A DNA stretch of 59,624 nucleotides from Mariprofundales bacterium (GCA_030950645.1 JAUZRF010000007.1:1-59624); one strand, 5' to 3'. Positions 1 through 9,068 are shown, counted from the first letter of the stretch. Translations and numbers: made by a program. Notes: generated by a model from the sequence alone, not told the origin.

Positions 1-63
1 GATCATCAGCAAATTTTACAAATTCATGATCATTGCGTCAAATTGTAAAAAGTAGGCGAAGCG

Positions 64-238
64 GGGTGCTGAGTCGTTACTGCTAAGGCATCGTAAATAA
101 ATAAATCGTTGGTTTACGCGCTGGATTTTTGTTTGGGTTCAAGGCGAAAAAGCGACATATATCACTGCTATATAAGGCTTTTTACAACGAAGAAAGCAAG
201 CAAAAAGACAAGTGAAAACCGATGAGTTATTTATTTAC
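64..238 (-). repeat. Heavily decayed copy of the 121-bp palindromic element family (with short-module end)
   Basis: GGGTGCTGAGTCGTTAC (64-80) matches the short-module terminus. AAGGCGAAAAAGCGA (141-155), TTTTTACAACG and GAAAACCGATGAGTTAT..TTAC (to 238) follow the order of the family consensus in reverse orientation, with many substitutions and insertions. Confidence 0.3.
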
Positions 239-243
239 GGTGC

Positions 244-702
244 CTAAGGATGGGAATCTCTACCGATCAGGCGTACCAGCAGGGTCGATTCAAGAGCTAG
301 ACCTATCATGGCCAATCCGCCAAAGCCGTGGTGGTTGAACCACTGGCAGAAAAAGATCCATAGAACCACGAAGAGAAGGATAGCAACATAGACCAGCCCT
401 TGTGCCAATTCCCGCAAGCCAATAGGCAGGTAGTCAGCTAAGTTGAGAAGGGTGCGAAAAGGTAGGCAGATTGCGTTCTCAATGCGGGTGCATATTGCGG
501 GTTTGCGCATAAGCATCCATCCAACCGCACCGATGACAATGGCAAAAAGAGCGTAATCAACCAATAACCAAGCAAAATCCACACCATCCATCCATGGGGG
601 TGGCCCTGGCCTGGTGGTGTAGCCTTCACCACGGTCAAGCGGGTCAGCCAAGGTGGAGAGTGGGATGAGTAGGGCGAGGCACCCCAGTATCCAGCATTTC
701 AT
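244..702 (-). CDS. Small integral membrane protein with signal peptide, function unknown
   Basis: ORF-track frame 244..876 trimmed to the internal ATG at 702 (MKCWILGCLALLIPLSTLA...). That ATG overlaps the upstream stop as ATGA. Several hydrophobic helices. Confidence 0.5.
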   Translation of the reverse strand: MKCWILGCLALLIPLSTLADPLDRGEGYTTRPGPPPWMDGVDFAWLLVDYALFAIVIGAVGWMLMRKPAICTRIENAICLPFRTLLNLADYLPIGLRELAQGLVYVAILLFVVLWIFFCQWFNHHGFGGLAMIGLALESTLLVRLIGRDSHP

Positions 703-1007
703 TGTGCTCTTTTCTCCTTTTGGCGCTCTTCGACACTCCGCATCGCTTCGAGTCCCATGGTCATTGCCAGCAGGATGCCACCAGCAGCAGTGGCATGCCA
801 ACCGTGGGCGTTGATCCAGTGACAGCTCAGTAGCCAGATGATAGTGATCGGGCCAAAGATGACCAGTTGCAACCATGCCGACCGGTTATGGCAGGCGCGC
901 ATCAGCAGATAGGGTGGCATGCTCAGCCATATTTGCCGCTGCTGGTAGCCACGCCAGCAAAGCACTGCAATCATGCCAAAAATGGTGAGATCAAGCAGGA
1001 GCGCCAA
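699..1007 (-). CDS. Hypothetical membrane protein
   Basis: 102-aa ORF with hydrophobic segments. Stop overlaps the next gene's ATG (caATGA), suggesting translational coupling. Confidence 0.45.
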   Translation of the reverse strand: MALLLDLTIFGMIAVLCWRGYQQRQIWLSMPPYLLMRACHNRSAWLQLVIFGPITIIWLLSCHWINAHGWHATAAGGILLAMTMGLEAMRSVEERQKEKRAQ

Positions 1008-1011
1008 TTGT

Positions 1012-1359
1012 CTACACCGCTGCGGCGAACTCGGTGAACGCCTGCTCCGCTTCGGCTGCGTACATCAGCGCCGGACCTCCACCCATGTAGATTGTTACCC
1101 CCAACACCTCCATTACCTCTTCGCGGGTAGCGCCCAAGCTGAGTAGCTTTTTGGTGTGGAAACCGATACATCCCTCGCAATGCGTGGCAACACCGATCCC
1201 CAACGCAATGAACTCTTTGGTTTTTTGATCCAGTGCACCATTGGCGGTGGCAGCTTGTGCTAGGTTGCTGAAGGCTTGTGCGGTGGTGGGAATAGTTTTG
1301 TGCAAGTTGCCAATGTGGTGACTAAGCTGGGTGGTGAGTTCAGGATATTTGCTACTCAT
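1012..1359 (-). CDS. Carboxymuconolactone decarboxylase-family (AhpD-like) protein
   Basis: 115 aa with ...KEFIALGIGVATHCEGCIGFHTKK..., the CxxC-containing AhpD/CMD-type core. Confidence 0.8.
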   Translation of the reverse strand: MSSKYPELTTQLSHHIGNLHKTIPTTAQAFSNLAQAATANGALDQKTKEFIALGIGVATHCEGCIGFHTKKLLSLGATREEVMEVLGVTIYMGGGPALMYAAEAEQAFTEFAAAV

Positions 1360-1383
1360 GTGTTGCTCCTTCGTTGGAGCCGT

Positions 1384-1962
1384 TCAGATGCGTTGCAGGG
1401 TGTGGGCAAGTTCGAAACGGCCGTTGCTGTGGGGGATGGATTGTGGCACATCTGTCGGCCACTGCCAACTTTTTTCGGCAAAGAGTCTCCGCATTGTTGG
1501 CAGATCACAGTGAAATGGTGGCCCATCATCGGAGTTCGTCTGCATAAAGAGCGCGAAAAGCAGGCCGCCGGGCTTTAGCCAACGGTGAAGACGCAGCTCG
1601 TAATCGTGGCGTTGGGTGGGATCAATGGCGCAGAGGCAGGTCTGCTCATAGATGGCGTCGAAAGGCTGATCGGGTGTGAATGCGAATAGATCGTTGCGAA
1701 CCAGTCGGGCATGAAGCTGATGCTGCGCCAGCGTCGAAGCCAGATGGCTGATTGCGCTGGGGGCGATGTCGAGTGCGGTGACAGCAAAGCCATTAGTTGC
1801 CAGCTCCACTACCTCGTGACCGCGCCCGCAGCCTGGCACTAGCACACTGGCTCCCGGGGTGAGTTGCGCGATGAGATGGGGTAGAGCGGCGTTGGCCGTT
1901 CCGCGATCCCATTTGGTATCACCTTGTTGGTAGAGTGATTCCCAGTCTTTCATAATAGGCAT
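1384..1962 (-). CDS. tpm: Thiopurine S-methyltransferase-family SAM-dependent methyltransferase
   Basis: WESLYQQGDTKWDRG... and VLVPGCGRGHEVVELA (SAM motif I) resemble the TPMT family. ORF track 1384..2025 trimmed to ATG 1962, just after the rhodanese stop; ATG 1953 is an alternative start. Confidence 0.7.
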   Translation of the reverse strand: MPIMKDWESLYQQGDTKWDRGTANAALPHLIAQLTPGASVLVPGCGRGHEVVELATNGFAVTALDIAPSAISHLASTLAQHQLHARLVRNDLFAFTPDQPFDAIYEQTCLCAIDPTQRHDYELRLHRWLKPGGLLFALFMQTNSDDGPPFHCDLPTMRRLFAEKSWQWPTDVPQSIPHSNGRFELAHTLQRI

Positions 1963-1963
1963 C

Positions 1964-2374
1964 CTATTTGACCACTTCAAAGCCGGATCGCTTCCAGGCG
2001 ACGATGCCCCCCACCACATTCTCAATATTGGTGAAGCCGTGCTTGGCTAGCAGTATGGAGGCTTTGGTTGAACGCGTTCCCGAGTGGCAGTAGACATAGA
2101 CCTGCCTGTCGTGTGGCACCTCCTTGAGGTGATCTGCCAGACTCTGAATCGGCAGCAGTTTTGCTCTGGGAACATGACCTGCGGCATACTCCTTTGGGGT
2201 GCGAACATCGAGAAACAGAAATGGAATCGGTGAAGATTCCCCCTGCTTCCAGTGGTTGTGCGCGTGGGTGATGGTGACATTTTCATACCCCTGAGGTGTC
2301 ACTTCACCAGTGCCGCAGGCGGATGCGATGATTGGCAGGCAGAGCAGGAGGGTGAAGAGGAAAACACGCCTCAC
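1964..2374 (-). CDS. Rhodanese-domain sulfurtransferase, probable lipoprotein
   Basis: Active-site loop VYVYCHSGTRS and lipobox-like LPIIASAC. Probable GTG start at 2374 overlaps the upstream stop (GTGA). The ORF track extends to 2419. Confidence 0.8.
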   Translation of the reverse strand: MRRVFLFTLLLCLPIIASACGTGEVTPQGYENVTITHAHNHWKQGESSPIPFLFLDVRTPKEYAAGHVPRAKLLPIQSLADHLKEVPHDRQVYVYCHSGTRSTKASILLAKHGFTNIENVVGGIVAWKRSGFEVVK

Positions 2375-2577
2375 GGTTTCATCCCCAACTTGGAGAGAAT
2401 CGTCTCCATTAGGCACCAACGGGTGATGCCGGATTGTAGCAGGTTGGCACCGAGAAATGCGGTGAACCAGAGCCAGGTTGGCTCTCCTAGCGGCACATTG
2501 TTGTAGTGGTGGGCGAGTGCGAGGCTAAGCAGGATAAAAGAACCTGCGATGATGCGAATCATGCGTGGAATGGTCAT
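2371..2577 (-). CDS. DUF2892 (YgaP C-terminal-like) small membrane protein
   Basis: 68 aa, two TM helices, ...LGANLLQSGITRWCLMETIL... typical of DUF2892. Adjacent to a rhodanese gene, matching the domain order of fused YgaP proteins. Confidence 0.7.
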   Translation of the reverse strand: MTIPRMIRIIAGSFILLSLALAHHYNNVPLGEPTWLWFTAFLGANLLQSGITRWCLMETILSKLGMKP

Positions 2578-2605
2578 GGGGTTTGCTCCTTGGAGTTGTT
2601 GGGGA

Positions 2606-2757
2606 GTAACTACTCAGCTCACTCCCAGTTTTCCCGATAGCGGCGTTGAAAAATGCTCATTTACAGTAGTAAACTCCGCTTTCTCGCCTTGCTATCAGAA
2701 AAACCGGAAGCGATCTGAGCAGTTACGGGATGTTTTCAATGGGTGCTGAGTAGTTAC
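2606..2757 (+). mobile_element. MITE copy: 121-bp core (2606-2726) plus 37-bp alpha short module (2721-2757)
   Basis: Termini GTAACTACTCAGC ... GCTGAGTAGTTAC. Perfect 8-bp TSD GTTGGGGA at 2598-2605 and 2758-2765. Confidence 0.9.
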
Positions 2758-2769
2758 GTTGGGGATAAG

Positions 2770-2890
2770 GTAACTCCTCAGCTCACTCTCGGTTTTCCTG
2801 ATAGCGGCGTTGAAAAATGCGCATTTACAGTAGTAAACTCCGCTTTTTCGCCTTGTTATCAGGAAAACCGTAAGCAATCTGAGTAGTTAC
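2770..2890 (+). mobile_element. MITE copy, 121-bp core
   Basis: GTAACTCCTCAG...CTGAGTAGTTAC. Perfect 8-bp TSD GGGATAAG at 2762-2769 and 2891-2898. Confidence 0.9.
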
Positions 2891-2905
2891 GGGATAAGAA
2901 AGGAT

Positions 2906-2979
2906 TTACCGCGGAGACGCGGGTTTTTTTAATCCATACAGATTTACTCTCCTTTGTGCCTTCGTGTCTTTGTGGTGAA
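2906..2979. other. Second-family long hairpin, diverged copy (related to 53339-53407)
   Basis: Shares GTGTCTTTGTG, TTTGTGCCT(T)CG, GGTGAAA and ATT(T)ACC.C.GAG with the 53.3-kb hairpin. Contains CCGCGgagaCGCGG followed by T7 (2909-2930). Lies next to a MITE end. Confidence 0.35.
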
Positions 2980-2991
2980 AAACATTCGATT

Positions 2992-5900
2992 TCATGTGGT
3001 CTCGGCTTTGCGTTGCCATAAATAGTAGATTAGCGGGATGATGAACAGGGTGAGCACGGTGGCGGCTAAGGTGCCGAAGGCCATGGAGACTCCCAGACCA
3101 CCGAATACTGGGTCGCTGATCATCACCGCGCTACCAGCGATGACCGCCAGTGCGGTGAGCAGGATCGGTCGGGCGCGGATCGCTCCGGCTTCTAATACTG
3201 CATCCTTGAGGGGGTGGCCTCGCTTGCGGTAATCCAGTATAAAATCAATCAACAGGATCGAGTTTCGCACTACGATGCCCGCTAGTGCGATCATGCCGAT
3301 CATCGAGGTGGCGGTGAAGGGCTGACCGGTAATCCAGTGGCCGGGGAAGATACCGATCAGGGTGAGTGCGGTGGGCGCCATCACCAGAATCGGCAGCAAA
3401 AAGGTGCCGTAATAGCCGACTAGAAGCAGATAGATCAGGAGCAGTCCAACAATGAATGCCGCTCCTAGATCACGGAAAACATCCAGTGTCAGCCGCATTT
3501 CGCCATTCCATAGCAGGTGGTAGCCGAAGGTGTCATCTGGCATGCTGGAGGTGAAACGCAAGCCCCCTGTTTTGAGCACTGCTCCTGCAATCAGGGTTTT
3601 GCCGTCTAGCTTGTGATCCATCGTCAGCAATGGATACACCTGCGACTCGGTAGCGGGTTCACCACTGACGAAGACCACTGGATGGCCATCCTTGCTCATC
3701 CGTGGCCGTAGCACCCGCGCCTTGATCACAGTGGCAATGGTGGCGAGCTGCACCGGCCCCTGGCTGCCGGAGATATAGATGCGTTGTAGATCCTCAGGGT
3801 GGAGCCGTTGGTTGCGTGGCAGGCGCACGGTAATCGCCACCGGATGGCGTGCATGCTTCAGATGAATGGTGCCGATGGAGAAGCCTTGCAGATAGTCCGT
3901 CAGCGCCCGCTCTACTTGAGAGGTGGCAACGCCGAGACGGGCGGCGCGCGCCTTGTCGATCTGAATGCGCCATTCACGCGGCGTGGCAGCGATGGAGTCA
4001 TCAACATCGGTCACATCCCAAGTGTGGGCGAACAGTTGGCGCACCTTGACGGCAATCGCGCGCCGCCCTGCCTCATGGGGGCCATAAATTTCTGCCAATA
4101 GCGTGGCGTGTACCGGAGGGCCTGGTGGATCCTCGTTCAGCTTGATGTTGGCATCGGGATGGGCGGCCAAGAGTGGCTTAAGCAGGTGGCGAATGTCGAG
4201 CACAATGGCATCAGAGTGCTCGGCGCGGTCATGTTTGTTGACCAGATTGACCCGGATCTCGGCCAGATTGGCTCCATGCCGTAGCACCGCGCCTCGTAGC
4301 ATGCCGTTGAAATCGATGGGTCCGGCTTGGCCGACGAAGGTTTCATAATTGGTCACTTGCGGATGGCTGCGCAACAGATCACCAATCTGACGCGCAATGG
4401 CATCTGTTGCCTCCAGTGGTGTCCCTTCGGGCATGTCGATGGTGATGTTGAAGGTGTTCTGATTGCCCTTAGGCAGCATCTTGAGCTCTACCGTGCCGGG
4501 GGTGTGCGGGCCGTTGATCCCTTGCGGACGCACAAATTGCCAGATGGGTTCCCACATGGCGGCGGCAAAGAGCGCCAGCACGATCAGCCCGAAGAGTCGG
4601 CGTGTCCAGACGCGTTCGATCAGCGGGGTGGCTAGTCGCAGGTAGCTGCGGTGAATCCAATCCTTGGGGGTTGCATCCAGCTCCTCCATCGTCGATTGGT
4701 GGATTTTGCATGGCAGCCAACGCTGGGCAATCCATGGGGTGAGGATGTAGGCGACGATGAGCGAGGCGGCCATCGCCACCGGAACATTGAAGGGGATCGG
4801 CCCCATGTATGGCCCCATCATGCCGGTGACAAAGGCCATCGGGATAAAGGCGAGGATGACCGCAATGGTAGCAACGATGGTCGGCTTGCCGGTCTCGTTG
4901 GTGGCGGCGATGATTGCACTGGCCTTCTCTGACAATGAGCGCACACCATGGTGCAGATGGCGGTGGATATTTTCAATCACGACAATGGCATCATCGACTA
5001 GCAGCCCAAGCGAGAGGATGAGGGAAAACAGCGTGATGCGGTTGATGGTTTGATCCGCCAATAGGCCAATGGCGAGAACAATAAATAGAATCAATGGGAT
5101 GTTCATGGTGACAATCGCCGCCTCGCGCCAGCCCAGAAACAATAGCATGATCACAATCACCGACGCAATGGCGATGGCTAGATGCTCAATCAGTACATTG
5201 ACGGCGGCATTGGCGCGTTTGCCGGAGTCGCGGGTGATGGTGACGGTCACATTGTCTGGAATCAGCTCCCCCTTGAGCTGTGCCAACTTCTTTGCAATGC
5301 GGTCGGTGACGACCACCGCATTGGTGCCGAGTTTCTTGGCCAGGGTGATGGAAACTGCGGGTGTTTCAGGTTCGCTGTTTTTTGGTTTTCCTGCGGCGGC
5401 AAGCCCAAAGCCGATGCGATGTAGTGCGGTGAGTTCGGCGGCACCATCACGGATGGTGGCGACATCGCGCAGGTAGATCGGTTGCCCATTGGTCTCTCCG
5501 ACAACCAGCTGTCCTACCTGTGCGCTATTCTTGAGGAAACCATCGAGCCACACCCGCTGCACGCGATTATTCCCAACCAGATCACCCACAGCACCACCAC
5601 GGTTGGCTGCCATCAACACCTGGTGGAGGTGGTCGAGCGGAATCTTCCATGCTGCCAGCCGTGCTGGATCAAGGGTGATGCGCACGGTGCGGTTGCGGCC
5701 ACCGATAATATTGACCACCGAGACCCCCTGCAGCGGTGCCAGTTGGTCGCGTACCCGCTCAGCTAGGCGTTTCAGCATCAAGCCATCCATGTTCGGTGAG
5801 GATAGGGTGATCACCGACACTGGGACATCATCCACATTGAGCGGCTTGACCAGCGGCTGACTGGCACCGGGTGGGATGCGGTCGAGGTTGTGCATTAGGT

Positions 5901-6255
5901 GGTCGTAAAGTTTGACTAGACTCTTCTCGTTATCCTGTCCCACCTTGAAGGTGACGGTAACGATACCCATCGAATCGCGCGCGATGCCGTAGGTGTGATC
6001 CACTCCCGTCATGCCATGCATCACCTGCTCCAGCGGGCGCACGATGAGATTTTGCACCTCCTCGGGGCTAGCTCCCGCCATGCGAACCATGACATTGGCG
6101 GCCGGAACATTGATCTGCGGGTTCTCCTCACGGGGGGTGATCAACAGCGCCACCACACCGATCATCAGCACCAGAATACTGAGCAGCGGCGGCAGATTGC
6201 TATGCATCGTCGCCGCACCAAGGCGGCCGGCTATGTTGAGTTTAGGAGCGTTCAT
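2992..6255 (-). CDS. RND-family efflux transporter permease (AcrB/CzcA-like)
   Basis: 1087 aa with 12-TM RND architecture, large periplasmic loops and typical N-terminus ...ITPREENPQINVP... Follows MFP and OMP genes. Confidence 0.9.
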   Translation of the reverse strand: MNAPKLNIAGRLGAATMHSNLPPLLSILVLMIGVVALLITPREENPQINVPAANVMVRMAGASPEEVQNLIVRPLEQVMHGMTGVDHTYGIARDSMGIVTVTFKVGQDNEKSLVKLYDHLMHNLDRIPPGASQPLVKPLNVDDVPVSVITLSSPNMDGLMLKRLAERVRDQLAPLQGVSVVNIIGGRNRTVRITLDPARLAAWKIPLDHLHQVLMAANRGGAVGDLVGNNRVQRVWLDGFLKNSAQVGQLVVGETNGQPIYLRDVATIRDGAAELTALHRIGFGLAAAGKPKNSEPETPAVSITLAKKLGTNAVVVTDRIAKKLAQLKGELIPDNVTVTITRDSGKRANAAVNVLIEHLAIAIASVIVIMLLFLGWREAAIVTMNIPLILFIVLAIGLLADQTINRITLFSLILSLGLLVDDAIVVIENIHRHLHHGVRSLSEKASAIIAATNETGKPTIVATIAVILAFIPMAFVTGMMGPYMGPIPFNVPVAMAASLIVAYILTPWIAQRWLPCKIHQSTMEELDATPKDWIHRSYLRLATPLIERVWTRRLFGLIVLALFAAAMWEPIWQFVRPQGINGPHTPGTVELKMLPKGNQNTFNITIDMPEGTPLEATDAIARQIGDLLRSHPQVTNYETFVGQAGPIDFNGMLRGAVLRHGANLAEIRVNLVNKHDRAEHSDAIVLDIRHLLKPLLAAHPDANIKLNEDPPGPPVHATLLAEIYGPHEAGRRAIAVKVRQLFAHTWDVTDVDDSIAATPREWRIQIDKARAARLGVATSQVERALTDYLQGFSIGTIHLKHARHPVAITVRLPRNQRLHPEDLQRIYISGSQGPVQLATIATVIKARVLRPRMSKDGHPVVFVSGEPATESQVYPLLTMDHKLDGKTLIAGAVLKTGGLRFTSSMPDDTFGYHLLWNGEMRLTLDVFRDLGAAFIVGLLLIYLLLVGYYGTFLLPILVMAPTALTLIGIFPGHWITGQPFTATSMIGMIALAGIVVRNSILLIDFILDYRKRGHPLKDAVLEAGAIRARPILLTALAVIAGSAVMISDPVFGGLGVSMAFGTLAATVLTLFIIPLIYYLWQRKAETT

Positions 6256-6318
6256 ACGGTGGAAAGATATTTACCACGAAGGGGTGGAGAAAAAAATATT
6301 CTTCTGACTCTATTGTAT

Positions 6319-7317
6319 TCACTGGATTTTATCACCGCTACGCAGGGTGTTTGCAGGGTGCTGGACAATGGTTGCACCGGCATCCAACCCTGCGGCCAGT
6401 TCGATCCGGCTCTTACCACGATCGATACCCAGTCGCACGATCCGCCAATGGGCGATGCTCTGGTTGTCCACGAGGTAGACGCCACTCAGCCCATGGCGAT
6501 GAATGATGGATGAAGCGGGAAGGAGCAACACCTGACGGGTGCCGGTGATGAATGCGACCTTGGCAAACATGCCGGGGCGGGCGCCACTGTTTGCTGGTAA
6601 ACTCAGTTTGACCAAAAACTGATGGCTGCTGTGGTTCGCGGCGCCAACCACCTGTCGCACGATGGCCGTTACGGGGCGTTGGTTATTGGCGATGCGCACC
6701 ATTGCTTGGTTTCCAATATGGATGTGTGGTACGAATTGTTCGGAGATATAGGTATCCACCATCAGGTTGTTGGTGTTCTCGATCATTAACACTGGCGCAC
6801 CAGGAACCGCGAGATCGCCACTGTGTTGGCGTTTTGCTACCACCACGCCATTGAGTGGCGATTTCACCACGGCGTAGTTGAGCTGATTGCGTGCTTGATC
6901 CACTTTGGATTGCGCAACCTCAAAACGCAGCTTGGCCTGATCAAACTGCTGGCGGCTGACCGCTTTTGCCTTGAGCAGGGCACGAAAACGGTTGAGATCG
7001 GTGGCAGCATTGGAGAGATCAGCCTTGGCCTGCGTTAATTGTTGGCGCACATCGACCGGATCGATGCGAAACAGCAGTTCGCCCTTGGTTACCCGCGCCC
7101 CTTCGCGCACCGTGAGGCCGCTGATGTAGCCCGAGAGGCGTGAGCCGATTGCTACCCGATGATCCGAGCTGATGGTTCCGCTGGTGACATAGTGAATCGG
7201 CACTGATTGCGGCACCAATGTGATCGTAGCTGTGATGGTGGCATTTTCTGCTATCGCGCTATTGCTGGTGAACAGGATAGGCAATAGGAGCAGGGCGTAT
7301 ATGATTGGATTTCGCAT
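6319..7317 (-). CDS. Efflux RND periplasmic adaptor (membrane fusion protein, HlyD family)
   Basis: 332 aa with signal peptide, coiled-coil segment and beta-barrel region typical of MFPs. Lies between the OMP and RND genes. Confidence 0.85.
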   Translation of the reverse strand: MRNPIIYALLLLPILFTSNSAIAENATITATITLVPQSVPIHYVTSGTISSDHRVAIGSRLSGYISGLTVREGARVTKGELLFRIDPVDVRQQLTQAKADLSNAATDLNRFRALLKAKAVSRQQFDQAKLRFEVAQSKVDQARNQLNYAVVKSPLNGVVVAKRQHSGDLAVPGAPVLMIENTNNLMVDTYISEQFVPHIHIGNQAMVRIANNQRPVTAIVRQVVGAANHSSHQFLVKLSLPANSGARPGMFAKVAFITGTRQVLLLPASSIIHRHGLSGVYLVDNQSIAHWRIVRLGIDRGKSRIELAAGLDAGATIVQHPANTLRSGDKIQ

Positions 7318-8669
7318 TATTGAATCACCTTCGGGATGAGTGCGCCAGCGGCAAGATAGAGGTCGCTTTGCGCCTGCAATAGGCCGTAACGGGCGTGAAT
7401 GGCCGCGACTTGCGCTTGGTCATTGGCCACTTGAGCACGGAGAAGGTCGCTGCTTTTCTCTAGCCCTTGTTGGTGCCGTAGGGTGCGGATACGCAGTGCT
7501 TCCGTTCGTTGTTGCGCTATTTGTGCCGCGATGTTTTGCGCCATTTTCGCCTCTTTCAATCCGCGCCAGCGATCAGCTATCTCGGTCTTAATCGACTGGC
7601 GTAGTGCTGCGATATCGCTATCCAATACCGAGATCTTCGCCTCGCTGACGCGTAATTTCGCCTGATCACTGCCACCGGCGAATAGATTGATACTAATAGT
7701 GGCGCCCAGCGCGGTGTTGCGGTTTTTCAAGCCAGGGGTGTTGCTGTTCCACTGTTGGACTGCCATCAGGTCGATATCAGGGAGAAAGGTGGCGCGGGCC
7801 ATGGCGCGGGTCTCATCCAGTGCGCTGCGCTGATATTGTAGCGCGCGCAAACCTTGGCGTTGGGCAAGTGCCTTGGTCTGCCATTGTGTTCGTGAGCCTT
7901 TGATCGCAGCGAGTTCAACCTTCCCTAGAATTTTGACCTTGGGGGTGGCAGTGAGCTGATCAAGAGTATCGCGGGCATGTGCCAGTGCATTGGCGCTGTG
8001 GATGGTGGCGAGTTGGCTCTGTAACAAGTGCGCTTGGGCGTCCATGATGTCACTTTGCAGTGCCATCCCCTGTTGCTGCAATTGCTCGACATCGTGCAAG
8101 CGTTGGCTGGCAGCGTTGGTGGCCAGGGTGTTGGCGCGCTGTTGCGACTGCGCCTCCTTGATAGCGATAAAGGAGGCAATGACTTGTGCAGTGATCTGTT
8201 GTTGCTGCGCCAATCGCAGTGCCTCACTGGCTTGCAGCTGATGATGGGCTTGGGTTTGAGCAGCGGAGATCACACCGCCATGGTAGAGCGGCAGGCTCAG
8301 TGCGGCTTGTGACTGATAATTGGTGACATATCCCGGATGGTTGAGGCGGCGGGGTGCGAAATCCGCAGTGGTGATGCGCCGCTGTTGTAGCAGGCTGCCA
8401 AATGCGCCCATCGGTGAATCGGTGCGTTGCGCGCCGGTGCTTAGATCCAACCGCGGGTAACGCAAGCCTCGGGCAGCATCGCTGGTCGCGGAGGCCGCAT
8501 CAACACTAGAGGATGCGGCAGCTAGGGTGGGGTTGCGTTGGAGCGCGGCTTGAACGGCATCCCGTAGCGTCATCGCAGGTGGCAATGCCGACTGTGCCGC
8601 TACCGGGGTGGCGAATAATAAGATAAGAATGTTCGCAAATAGTGATATTTTAGCGCGCAAAAGGATCAT
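7317..8669 (-). CDS. Outer-membrane efflux protein (TolC family)
   Basis: Two OEP-type repeats with a Gln/Ala-rich coiled coil. Start trimmed to ATG 8669 (MILLRAKISLF..AAQS signal), which overlaps the arsR stop as ATGA. The ORF track extends to 8735. Confidence 0.8.
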   Translation of the reverse strand: MILLRAKISLFANILILLFATPVAAQSALPPAMTLRDAVQAALQRNPTLAAASSSVDAASATSDAARGLRYPRLDLSTGAQRTDSPMGAFGSLLQQRRITTADFAPRRLNHPGYVTNYQSQAALSLPLYHGGVISAAQTQAHHQLQASEALRLAQQQQITAQVIASFIAIKEAQSQQRANTLATNAASQRLHDVEQLQQQGMALQSDIMDAQAHLLQSQLATIHSANALAHARDTLDQLTATPKVKILGKVELAAIKGSRTQWQTKALAQRQGLRALQYQRSALDETRAMARATFLPDIDLMAVQQWNSNTPGLKNRNTALGATISINLFAGGSDQAKLRVSEAKISVLDSDIAALRQSIKTEIADRWRGLKEAKMAQNIAAQIAQQRTEALRIRTLRHQQGLEKSSDLLRAQVANDQAQVAAIHARYGLLQAQSDLYLAAGALIPKVIQ

Positions 8670-8989
8670 AGGGGTTGCTCGGCACACATTTCCGGGCAGT
8701 AGATATGCTGCAACACATGCACCAAGTCTCCCCATGCCGGATCTGCGATGTGGTAGAATACCTGCTGGCCACGCTTTTCGTTATCCACAATCCCCATCAT
8801 GCGCATTTTGGTTAGGTGTTGGGAGAGGTTGGATTGGCTGGCGCCGGTTGCCTCCATCAATTCATGGACGCACTTATCGCCCTCTATCAGATGGCATAAT
8901 ACGCTGAGCCGCAGTTCATGGGCGATGGCGCGTAGTCCTTCACTGGCGCGTTTGATCTTTTCTTGCGGGATCTTATTCATGCGCCGCAA
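8666..8989 (-). CDS. ArsR/SmtB-family metalloregulatory transcription factor
   Basis: ELRLSVLCHLIEGDKCVHELMEATGASQSNLSQHLTKMR is a winged-HTH of the ArsR family. First gene of the efflux operon. Confidence 0.85.
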   Translation of the reverse strand: MRRMNKIPQEKIKRASEGLRAIAHELRLSVLCHLIEGDKCVHELMEATGASQSNLSQHLTKMRMMGIVDNEKRGQQVFYHIADPAWGDLVHVLQHIYCPEMCAEQPL

Positions 8990-9068
8990 TCTATCGTTAA
9001 ATTATAATATTGTAAATATCTAATATATAATCACCAAAAGAGGGTACTTAGTGCCTCCTTTTTTGCTC

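Noticed and set aside
2549-2749. A recurrent ~40-65-aa 'protein' containing VTTQLTPSFPDSGVEKCSFTVVNSAFSPCYQKNRKRSEQL appears in the ORF track at 2549, 12341, 13136, 14613, 24231, 41086, 44744 and 55457. It could be mistaken for a multicopy small-protein family.
   Set aside because: It is the one frame that stays open across the A-to-B reading of the 121-bp element. Conservation is at the nucleotide and palindrome level. There is no consistent start codon or RBS, copies occur in both orientations, and the ORF boundaries are set by the flanking DNA.
2909-2930. A textbook intrinsic terminator on the plus strand (CCGCGgagaCGCGG followed by T7).
   Set aside because: No plus-strand gene lies upstream. 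On the minus strand, where the RND operon ends, the hairpin is followed by TAAATCC and not by a U-tract. It is more likely part of the second hairpin-repeat family.
8990-9068. An AT-rich stretch upstream of arsR (TAAATTATAATATTGTAAATATCTAATATATAAT) could be an ArsR/SmtB operator-promoter.
   Set aside because: It is plausibly the promoter region, but I could not identify a convincing 12-2-12 operator palindrome or -35/-10 pair by eye, so I am not annotating it as a site.
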